A stretch of 62,195 nucleotides of DNA, filler included, from Myxococcota bacterium (GTDB lineage Bacteria > Myxococcota_C > UBA6777), in assembly GCA_023150835.1 (NCBI GenBank). It is 3 parts of 3 records of this genome, joined end to end, with 100 filler letters (N's around TTAATTAATTAA, not from the genome) between each part and the next. Parts side by side here need not be neighbours in the genome. Positions count along the whole stretch, not along the records: positions 49,732 to 62,195 come from JAKLKB010000165.1; 2 more parts are not named here. One strand, given 5' to 3'. Position 1 is the stretch's first letter. Each line of letters starts with the position of its first letter. Below are positions 55,051 through 62,195 of the stretch, piece by piece. Position numbers and translations under genes: made by a program. The notes beneath the pieces are model-generated. The model had not been told where the DNA came from, ran no database searches, and saw only the letters and a program-made list of their open reading frames with translations.

Positions 55051-55959
55051 ATGCAGAAAGAAGCTTCAACCACTTGGAGTGTATCATCATCACGCGGTTT
55101 GTGCTTGGCGGCCTATGTCGTCGCACTCGGAGCCGCGTGGTTGACGGTCTCCCTTGTCCCCACAGAAAGCAGCCTATGGAAAGCGATCTGGGCGGATGTT
55201 GTCGCAACATGCGTCATCTTTGCTTCGAGCCTCTGGACCCGAAATTCGAGTATGTACGACCCTTATTGGAGTGTGGCCCCTGTGCCGATCGCGCTTTACT
55301 GGTATCTTGTCCACACACCCGTAGCATCCGATCGATGGCGTGCGTGGCTTGTGCTTGCGGGGGTCGCATTTTGGTCGGTACGTCTGACGCTCAACTGGCT
55401 GACCGGCTGGAAAGGGCTTGGGCACGAAGATTGGCGTTATCGCCAGATCCGCGAACAGACGGGACCGTTGTGGTGGTTGGTGAGTTTTCTCGGAATCCAC
55501 ATGTTTCCGACCGTGGTCGTGCTTTTCGGTTGTCTGCCGATCTGGGCGGTGATGACAGCCCGAGGGCGAGCCTTGGGCTGGCTTGACGTTGCAGCGGCCT
55601 TGGTCACGATCAGCGCGGTGGTGATCGAGATGATCGCGGACCTACAACTACGGCACTTTATGCGCGATCGCAAGCCCGAAGAGATGATGCGTCGGGGCCT
55701 TTGGGCCTATTCTCGCCATCCCAACTACTTTGGAGAGATCCTCTTTTGGTGCGGATTGTATCTATTTGGAGTCGCGGCCAATCCCGCGCTCGTGTGGATC
55801 GCTATCGGTCCCCTCTCGATGATCTTGCTCTTTCTCTTCATCTCGATCCCCTTGGTGGAGAAAAAGATTCTCAAAACCAGACCGCAGTATCGGCAACTTC
55901 AACAAGAGATCTCGATGCTTCTCCCCTTGCCACCGAGATATCCTTCACCTCCTCGCTGA
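55051..55959 (+). CDS. DUF1295 / steroid 5-alpha-reductase-like membrane protein
   Basis: NSSMYDPYWS, EDWRY, ADLQL, GLWAYSRHPNYFGE. Confidence 0.85.
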   Translation: MQKEASTTWSVSSSRGLCLAAYVVALGAAWLTVSLVPTESSLWKAIWADVVATCVIFASSLWTRNSSMYDPYWSVAPVPIALYWYLVHTPVASDRWRAWLVLAGVAFWSVRLTLNWLTGWKGLGHEDWRYRQIREQTGPLWWLVSFLGIHMFPTVVVLFGCLPIWAVMTARGRALGWLDVAAALVTISAVVIEMIADLQLRHFMRDRKPEEMMRRGLWAYSRHPNYFGEILFWCGLYLFGVAANPALVWIAIGPLSMILLFLFISIPLVEKKILKTRPQYRQLQQEISMLLPLPPRYPSPPR

Positions 55960-56035
55960 TTCCCCGAGATCACCCCAAACCCCGCCCACATCGGCGTAGC
56001 CTCTCAACCAACCCACAAAACAAACTCAACAAGTC

Positions 56036-56158
56036 ATACGAAATCCACCCATAGTGTGAGCGACCTTTGTAGGGGCAGCCCCCTGTGGCTGCCCAAGAAC
56101 AGGGCGTCTCCAACGGATCGCACCTACCCTTCAATCACACTTCTCTCGGATATCGTAT
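56036..56158 (+). repeat. Family A repeat, full copy
   Basis: ATACGAAATCC...GTAGGGGCAGCCCCCTGTGGCTGCCC...GGATATCGTAT; abuts the stop codon of the ComA-like gene. Confidence 0.85.
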
Positions 56159-57105
56159 CACTCGTTGGGCTTGCCGATGGACAGTTCCTTGAGCGCAAAC
56201 CCTCGCTGCATATCTTGGTGATAATCAGGAGACTCGATTTGCCACCAATGTTCGCACTGGCTCTTATCTTGAGACCACCGCATATAGGGGTGATCCATCT
56301 CAAAGATGATGCCGTGACGAACCCACTCCACCCACTTCACGTCCGGCGGGTAGATATTCGCCAGATTCACGTTCGGAGTCAGTTCTTTCACAAGCCAAGA
56401 GATAATCGGCAAATTTCCTTGGTTGCGAGCGTCCCATACTTCAAAAACCATTTTATCCGAATTAACAGCCTTTACGACTTCAAGAAACTGCTTTTGTCCT
56501 TCGATATTTTCAAGCTGAGTGCCGATCAAGTTGCGCACCACCATCCCTTCCCAATAGATGTAATCCGCGCCCGCTTCCAACAACCCAAGGGCCAGTTCGG
56601 TGACTTTGTCCACATAGACTTGGTCTCGACCTTTCCGAGTCGGATCCTTCCATGCCCATTTTTTCCCTAGCTCGCCAACCACCGTAAAGCCCGCATCTTT
56701 GGCCATCTTGATCTCATCTTTGAACTCTTCAAGAGAAGCCCCGCTGGCATGGTTCTCCACTTCGATCTCGTTGATCCCGAGCTGATGAAGAAGATGCAGG
56801 TATTCTTTCAGTTTGCCTTGCGCCTTGGCCACCTCAAACTGAGTCCCACCCAACGCCACGTCGATGTTCATGTCCCGATATTGAGCCACCGCCTTTTCCA
56901 CGATACTCAAGTCGTTGTGCCAAAGCGTGTCCAACATCTTCACCCGATCCACCAACTCACTATAAGAGCGAATAAACTCGGGTCCTTGGTTCACAACGTC
57001 CATCACAAGCACCATCGTAATCCCCGTCTTACGAGGCTTCCGTGTGCGCAAAGAATCCGCATCCAGTTTGTCTTGAAACAGTTTCAGCATCTCTGTTAAG
57101 TTCAT
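56158..57105 (-). CDS. Phosphosulfolactate synthase (ComA)-like protein, divergent, with a C-terminal extension
   Basis: RTRKPRKTGITMV, GGTQFE, ELGKK, LEAGA, VFE, NVNLANI, EWVRHG; its ATG overlaps the PrpF stop (ATGA). Confidence 0.75.
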   Translation of the reverse strand: MNLTEMLKLFQDKLDADSLRTRKPRKTGITMVLVMDVVNQGPEFIRSYSELVDRVKMLDTLWHNDLSIVEKAVAQYRDMNIDVALGGTQFEVAKAQGKLKEYLHLLHQLGINEIEVENHASGASLEEFKDEIKMAKDAGFTVVGELGKKWAWKDPTRKGRDQVYVDKVTELALGLLEAGADYIYWEGMVVRNLIGTQLENIEGQKQFLEVVKAVNSDKMVFEVWDARNQGNLPIISWLVKELTPNVNLANIYPPDVKWVEWVRHGIIFEMDHPYMRWSQDKSQCEHWWQIESPDYHQDMQRGFALKELSIGKPNE

Positions 57106-58226
57106 ACAAACACTCTTCCTTCCATGATCTTCCTCCAAGTCCGACCAAATGCCAGCCTCTGAAAACCGCCTTGGCCATCCGTTTGTACTTCGACTTCCAT
57201 CACGCCAGAAGGGTGTCCGATCCTCCATCTCCCACCCTGTTGCTGTTGCGATGCTTGGTGAACAAGGGTGCCTTCAAGGCTTGCAGCCGCTGCAAGGCAA
57301 ACAGCACCTGTTCCCGGAAATGTTTTGTGCGTACGCTTGAAGCCCACAAGCCTCGCCTGCATGTCGATATCGCCTGCGCTGAGCGAACGGTTTTCACCAT
57401 ACACCGAGCTTTCTTTCGGCCCAGAAACATAGCAAAGAAACGGAATGTACGGCGTCTTCGAAAATGCGTCCTCCGCTCGATCAACAAACCCCAGACGCAC
57501 CGCCGCTGCGCCGCGAATCATCTCAAGCTTTTCGATCAGTCCCCGATCCCCGTCAACCGCAGACGGCGACTCAACGCCCGTAAGCCCCAGAGATTCGGCC
57601 CTGATAAACGCTACAGGGTTCGCCAGATCCACGATGCTCATCTCGATCTCCCCGAGGCCGGGGACATCGACCGAATCGACTACGCGGCCTGTAGGTAAAA
57701 GTTTACCTGTCACGGAGCCCGCAGTTTCCGAGAAATCCAACATAATCTTCGCGCCAAAGCCGGGAACACCATCGATCGCGTAATCACCCACTGATTGCGG
57801 AATCCCCTCTTTGATAGGAACTTCTGCTGTGATGATCTTACCGACGTTCGTATTGTGGATCCGAATCTTTAAGAGGCCCTCATCCTTTGCACGAACAAAA
57901 CCTTCTTCGATCGCGATCGGTCCGACAGCAGCGGAGATATTGCCACAATTGCCTTCATAACTGACGGTATCTTTTTCTATGCCGACTTGCGCAAAAGTAT
58001 AGTCGACATCTGCCCCCGGCACGCTCGGAGGGCCAAGGATCGCCACTTTGCTGGTGAGTATATCTGCCCCACCCAATCCATCGATCTGACGGGCATCCGG
58101 CGTACCCATGATCCGCTTGATCACCCGATCTCGCTCTGGCCCTTGCGGCGGCAAGTCTTGCGAAAAAACAAACACTCCTTTGCTCGTTCCCCCTCGAACG
58201 ATCGCACAGCGAAAACTTTTCACCAA
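57102..58226 (-). CDS. PrpF-family isomerase (2-methylaconitate / aconitate / 3-methylitaconate isomerase-like)
   Basis: RGGTSKG, QIDGLGG..LTSKVAI, GNCGNISAAV, IDGVPG, LLPTG, IGHPSG. Confidence 0.9.
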   Translation of the reverse strand: MVKSFRCAIVRGGTSKGVFVFSQDLPPQGPERDRVIKRIMGTPDARQIDGLGGADILTSKVAILGPPSVPGADVDYTFAQVGIEKDTVSYEGNCGNISAAVGPIAIEEGFVRAKDEGLLKIRIHNTNVGKIITAEVPIKEGIPQSVGDYAIDGVPGFGAKIMLDFSETAGSVTGKLLPTGRVVDSVDVPGLGEIEMSIVDLANPVAFIRAESLGLTGVESPSAVDGDRGLIEKLEMIRGAAAVRLGFVDRAEDAFSKTPYIPFLCYVSGPKESSVYGENRSLSAGDIDMQARLVGFKRTHKTFPGTGAVCLAAAASLEGTLVHQASQQQQGGRWRIGHPSGVMEVEVQTDGQGGFQRLAFGRTWRKIMEGRVFV

Positions 58227-58237
58227 ACTCTCCTTTC

Positions 58238-58367
58238 CAAAGACGCCATCAGTCCATCGCTTTCAAAGACGCCATCAGTCCACCGCTTTCAAAGACGCCA
58301 TCAGTCCATCGCTTTCAAAGACGCCATCAGTCCACCGCTTTCAAAGACGCCATCAGTCCACCGCTTT
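58238..58367. repeat. 26-bp tandem repeat, 5 copies, overlapping the 3' end of the fused LeuCD gene
   Basis: CAAAGACGCCATCAGTCCA(C/T)CGCTTT at 58238, 58264, 58290, 58316 and 58342. Confidence 0.93.
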
Positions 58368-60375
58368 CAAATAGGCTTTTTTGAAAGGCATTGGAAGGCC
58401 GCGCCGCATACTCCTCACGGCGAGTATGGTTCACGATCCGCCCCAAAGAAACCTCGACAGAGATCTCATCGCCTTGCCGAATTTGGTAGGCGGCGTTGCC
58501 GATCTCAAAAACGGGCAAACCAATATTCAGAGCATTTCTAAAAAAGATTCGTGCAAAGCTGTGAGCGATCACCACCGAAAAACCCGCTTCTTTGATGCCC
58601 ATTGGGGCGCTTTCTCGCGAAGAGCCACAACCAAAGTTTTTACCCGCTACGCAGATATCCCCACTCAAACGGTATCGAGATTGTTTGAAATGACTGAGAA
58701 ATTCTGCATTCTCAGTATCCAACAACGTATACACTTTGTAGTCCTGTGGTGAAGTGATATTACAGAACCGAGCGGGCATGATCAGATCTGTATTGACATC
58801 ATCTCCAAAGCACCAAGCCTTTTGAGCGGGTGTATCGGACACATCGGCGTCCATCTCACGGATCGCAGCCTGATAAAAGGCGCTCCCCAAGGCTTCCATC
58901 ACACGTTTCGACTTTTGAAGAGAGGCGTCGAGCGACGCCCCTACGGCCTGCTCCGTCGCATAATAACACTCTTGGCCATAGCCCGAAGTCAAACGACCCG
59001 CCAGAGCCGAATACGCAGCCACCGACGGACTCGCAAGGATCACAGCCGAAAGCTTGTCTCCCGTACGACCATAGAAATTTCGATTGGAAGTAAAAATCGC
59101 CGTCTCTTTGGGTCCAACGACGCCCGATTTGATCCCGATACAAGGGCCGCAACTGGAGGACTCGATATAACAACCCGCCTCCAGAAACGTCCCCACAAGC
59201 CCTTCTTTGATCGCCTGCCGAAAGACCTGTTGTGAGGCGGGGATGATGATCGCCCGCACCCCGGGAGCCACGCGATGGCCTTTGAAGATATCCGCCACCA
59301 CGCGCAGATCTTCGATCCGACCGTTGGTACAGGACCCAATGAAGGCTTGGTGGATCGGGATATCGCCTTCCGCAGTCACACGATCCACGATGCCTTTGAT
59401 GCGGTTCAAGCCCAGCGGATCAGAGGTCGACTTGCGTTCTGGACGTAGCGCCTCTCTTAGCTGGTACACACCAAGCGCATTCTCTGGAAGATACGGTAGC
59501 GCGACCGTAGGCTCCATTTCTGATAAATCGATATCGATTTGTGCAGAATAAACGCCCTCAGGATCTCCGTCCATGCCCTTCAATCCGCTTACAGTATCCA
59601 AATCAAACCGCACTTCGTCGGGGAAATTCGCTTTGACTTCTTTTAGATAATCCAACGTCACATCGTCGACAGGAAACAGTCCGAATTTCGCCCCTGCTTC
59701 GATCGCCATATTGCTTATCGAAAATCGCGCCGCCATATCCAGACCGAACACTCCCGAGCCTGTGAATTCGATCGACTGGTACGTCGCCCCATCCACACCT
59801 GTCAGGCCAATTAAATGTAAGACGACATCTTTTCCATAAACGCCTTTTCTTAGCGTCCCCGTCAGATTTACTCGAATCGATCGAGGAACCTGTAGCCAAA
59901 CCTTGCCCGATATCATCGCCGAAGCTAAGTCCGTAGAACCAATCCCAGTACCCAAACAACCCAACGCACCGTAGGTACAAGAATGAGAGTCCGCCCCCAC
60001 GCCGACCGTTCCCGGGTACAAAAATCCACGCTCTTCAAAGAGACGATGTTGGATGCCCCCGTCATAACCGACCTCAAAAACCCGAATGCCGTATTTTTTT
60101 GCAAACTCACGCAGTCCCACCATCAACGCGGCCGACTTTGCATCCGTCGCAGGGACAAGGTGATCGAACGGGAACATGATCTTCGAAGAATTGGCTTTTA
60201 AAACAGCGTCATAGGTTCCATCAAGAAACCCCTTTTCGCGCAAAACATCCACCGCAAACTGAAGGGTCATCTCGCTCCCCCACGCAAGATCCACAGGGAG
60301 CTCTACAATTTCACCGATCTCCACCGACCGAGCGAGCCGGTGTGAAAAAAGTTTCTGTGTCAGTGTTTCAGCCAT
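58327..60375 (-). CDS. Aconitase-family dehydratase: fused 3-isopropylmalate dehydratase/homoaconitase large and small subunits
   Basis: FDHLVP, GADSHSCTYGALG, IGSCTNGR, SCGPCIG, TSNRNFYGR, then FGDDVNTD, GKNFGCGSSRE and SFARIFFRNA in one frame. Confidence 0.92.
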   Translation of the reverse strand: MAETLTQKLFSHRLARSVEIGEIVELPVDLAWGSEMTLQFAVDVLREKGFLDGTYDAVLKANSSKIMFPFDHLVPATDAKSAALMVGLREFAKKYGIRVFEVGYDGGIQHRLFEERGFLYPGTVGVGADSHSCTYGALGCLGTGIGSTDLASAMISGKVWLQVPRSIRVNLTGTLRKGVYGKDVVLHLIGLTGVDGATYQSIEFTGSGVFGLDMAARFSISNMAIEAGAKFGLFPVDDVTLDYLKEVKANFPDEVRFDLDTVSGLKGMDGDPEGVYSAQIDIDLSEMEPTVALPYLPENALGVYQLREALRPERKSTSDPLGLNRIKGIVDRVTAEGDIPIHQAFIGSCTNGRIEDLRVVADIFKGHRVAPGVRAIIIPASQQVFRQAIKEGLVGTFLEAGCYIESSSCGPCIGIKSGVVGPKETAIFTSNRNFYGRTGDKLSAVILASPSVAAYSALAGRLTSGYGQECYYATEQAVGASLDASLQKSKRVMEALGSAFYQAAIREMDADVSDTPAQKAWCFGDDVNTDLIMPARFCNITSPQDYKVYTLLDTENAEFLSHFKQSRYRLSGDICVAGKNFGCGSSRESAPMGIKEAGFSVVIAHSFARIFFRNALNIGLPVFEIGNAAYQIRQGDEISVEVSLGRIVNHTRREEYAARPSNAFQKSLFESGGLMASLKAVD

Positions 60376-60382
60376 CGAATTC

Positions 60383-61633
60383 TCACAAAAGCTTTCTGAT
60401 CTCTTCATCCGTTAGGACACGGTTAGAGGACTTCGCGAACTGAAGGATGCGTTCCACGACTTCGTCCGCCGCACTCAATCCGCGCTTCTTGAACCAATAC
60501 AAGACATTTGATTTTCCACTCACAGGGCCGATCTCGATCACTTGTTCGAGTCCCAAAGCGTGGGCAGGCACAGCTGAGTACACATAATCGGCCAGCCACC
60601 GGTCTTCCACACAATCAAAAGACTTGATCACCGCCGCAGCGTGTACGCCTGTGGACGTTCGAAACGCATCCTTCCCAACTGCCGGATAATGGGGCGGGAT
60701 GTCGACACCACACACTTTCGAGACGAATTGGCAATACTCGCCTAACACACCCAAGTCCTTTTTGTACAGCCCCATCAAAAACAGATTCACGATGATCTGA
60801 TCGATGGCTGCGTTTCCTGTGCGTTCGCCGATCCCCAAACAGGTGCCGTGTATGCGATCAACGCCCGCATCGATCGCTGCAACCAGCGCATTGCAAAGCC
60901 CCAAGCCCCTGTCGTTGTGCCCGTGCCAATCGATCTTGATATCTTCTCCCGTCGCCGCAACCACCGCTTTGACGTAACTGACAAGGTTTATCACCCCGTC
61001 AGGCGTCGAATAGCCCACCGTGTCCGAGATACAGATGCGGCGAGCCCCGCCTTCGATGGCTGTTGTGTACAACTTTTTGATCACTTCGGGTTCGGCTCGC
61101 GTGGTATCTTCGGTCACATACATCACTGGGACATTGTTTTTCTGACAAAAATCCATGACTGTTTCGGTGGCTTTCAACAACTTTTCAAGATCCCATCCTT
61201 CTGCAAAACGGCGGATAGAACTCGACCCAATAAACAGATGAGCCTCCACTTCTACACCTGTTTTTTGCATGATCTCGATGATCGGAACAACGTCGTTTGG
61301 TAGAGTACGCCCCGCACAAGCCAGATGGATATGGAGCTTTTGACTGGCAACTTCTTGCGCAATTCTCGTACAGTCAGCCTGAACAGAAGCACCCGCCGCA
61401 GGCAACCCGATATCAGCGATGTGAACGCCCAGATCGTTCATGTAGTGCAAGATGCGCAACTTGTCTTCGATCGCGGGGTGTGTCACCGAAGTCGACTGCA
61501 ACCCGTCCCGCAGCGTCTCATCATCCAACTCAATCCCGGGTGGGTGATGCAAGAAAAACCGTTGGGTCTTTGCCCCCTCGGCGTTCACTTCATTCCACGG
61601 ATAAACAAGATCCTTCATCGACGGAGAGTTCAT
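60383..61633 (-). CDS. DRE-TIM acetyl-CoA condensing enzyme (isopropylmalate/homocitrate/citramalate synthase-like) lacking the regulatory domain
   Basis: DETLRDGLQ, EDTTRA, DTVG, WHGHNDRGLG, GIGERTGNA, GPVSGKSN; ends shortly after. Confidence 0.88.
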   Translation of the reverse strand: MNSPSMKDLVYPWNEVNAEGAKTQRFFLHHPPGIELDDETLRDGLQSTSVTHPAIEDKLRILHYMNDLGVHIADIGLPAAGASVQADCTRIAQEVASQKLHIHLACAGRTLPNDVVPIIEIMQKTGVEVEAHLFIGSSSIRRFAEGWDLEKLLKATETVMDFCQKNNVPVMYVTEDTTRAEPEVIKKLYTTAIEGGARRICISDTVGYSTPDGVINLVSYVKAVVAATGEDIKIDWHGHNDRGLGLCNALVAAIDAGVDRIHGTCLGIGERTGNAAIDQIIVNLFLMGLYKKDLGVLGEYCQFVSKVCGVDIPPHYPAVGKDAFRTSTGVHAAAVIKSFDCVEDRWLADYVYSAVPAHALGLEQVIEIGPVSGKSNVLYWFKKRGLSAADEVVERILQFAKSSNRVLTDEEIRKLL

Positions 61634-61701
61634 CCACACCAGCCTTCCGAGTCGTAGTGATGCAAGGACGGAACATTTCAATCCATTTCTAACGTGGGGG
61701 G

Positions 61702-61731
61702 TTTGTAGCATTGGGGGAAGACAGGTGTCAA
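61702..61731 (-). promoter_or_regulatory. Putative sigma70 promoter of the four-gene operon
   Basis: Minus strand TTGACA-N18-TACAAA with extended -10 TG. Confidence 0.45.
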
Positions 61732-61762
61732 CAAAATTATGGTGAAGACGAGAAGTGATGCG

Positions 61763-62060
61763 GTGGACAAAAAACCCCGTGTTCGCAGCACTTCAAGCGA
61801 CAGAGCCGTCTGTATGAAACGCCTGTGCTCTCTTCGCCGGTACAGGGTCAAGGGAGCCGCGCCCTTAGCAGTGGGGTGTGGGATGACCCTCCCGCACCAA
61901 ACGAACAAGTCGCTTCTATAGGGCTTACGCAGTCGCCAAAAAAAGCCGTGTTCGCGGAATTTGCAAGCGGCTGTGCTGTTTGTTTGAAACACCCTCGATC
62001 ACTCCGCCAGCACGGGGTCAAGAGGGCTTTACCCGCTCGCGGGGCGTGGGGCCGCGCCCC
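61763..62060 (-). repeat. Two family B repeats in tandem
   Basis: AAAAA(C/G)CCGTGTTCGC...CAAGCG...GGGTCAAG...GGGG(T/C)GTGGG at about 61763 and 61935. Confidence 0.8.
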
Positions 62061-62195
62061 ATAGGCGTTAGGTTAAGCGCTTGTTGGCCCCCCCACCCCA
62101 GCCCTCCCCCGTGAACAGGGGAGGGAGCGAAAGTCGGAAGCAGCGGGGATTTTGTTTTTTCATGACGCACGCTGTTTGCACGAGACGCAGACGCT
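62057..62195 (-). repeat. Family C repeat at the contig end
   Basis: Reverse complement of 49732-49853 and of 20-125. Confidence 0.88.

Noticed and set aside
56158-57105. Coenzyme M biosynthesis cluster
   Set aside because: None of the other archaeal (comBCDE) or bacterial (xcb) pathway genes is present in the window
58238-58367. Possible CRISPR array or iterons
   Set aside because: No spacers, the unit derives from the LeuD coding end, and no rep gene is nearby
58327-61633. Ordinary leucine biosynthesis operon
   Set aside because: No leuB or ilv genes, no leucine-binding regulatory domain, fused LeuCD, and coupling to PrpF and ComA-like genes; cannot be fully excluded without the rest of the genome
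49732-62195. Composite transposon bounded by about 120-bp inverted repeats
   Set aside because: No transposase inside, the same repeat occurs at position 20, and contigs commonly break at repeats; the flanks are not visible

Overview
Bacterial DNA, most likely Myxococcota or a related deltaproteobacterium (mglBA beside recR-ybaB-dnaX, a MYXO-CTERM protein, Cys-rich lipoproteins). It is three contigs joined by two artificial 100-bp N/TTAATTAATTAA linkers (24849-24948, 49632-49731), so adjacency across the linkers is unverified. Contig 1 carries mglA/mglB, recR/ybaB/dnaX, SRP RNA, four tRNAs with tadA, a biotin-dependent carboxyltransferase trio, a class V aminotransferase split by a non-autonomous IS200/IS605 element (deleted tnpA, tnpB), an NHL/Cys-rich lipoprotein and a NatAB-like ABC exporter. 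Contig 2 carries an AsmA-family protein with an inserted ThiS-like domain, a solute-binding lipoprotein, htpG, intein-containing gyrB, truA, ssb, a DUF6178-like gene and mutY. Contig 3 carries a PI-PLC, an SGNH/MYXO-CTERM protein, msrA, DUF1295 and a four-gene operon (LeuA-like synthase, fused LeuC-LeuD, PrpF isomerase, ComA-like phosphosulfolactate synthase). That operon is the best candidate for an undescribed pathway, possibly making a sulfonated organic acid. Three families of short dispersed palindromic repeats and many short tandem duplications fill the intergenic and linker regions. All family calls come from motif recognition by eye; no searches were run.
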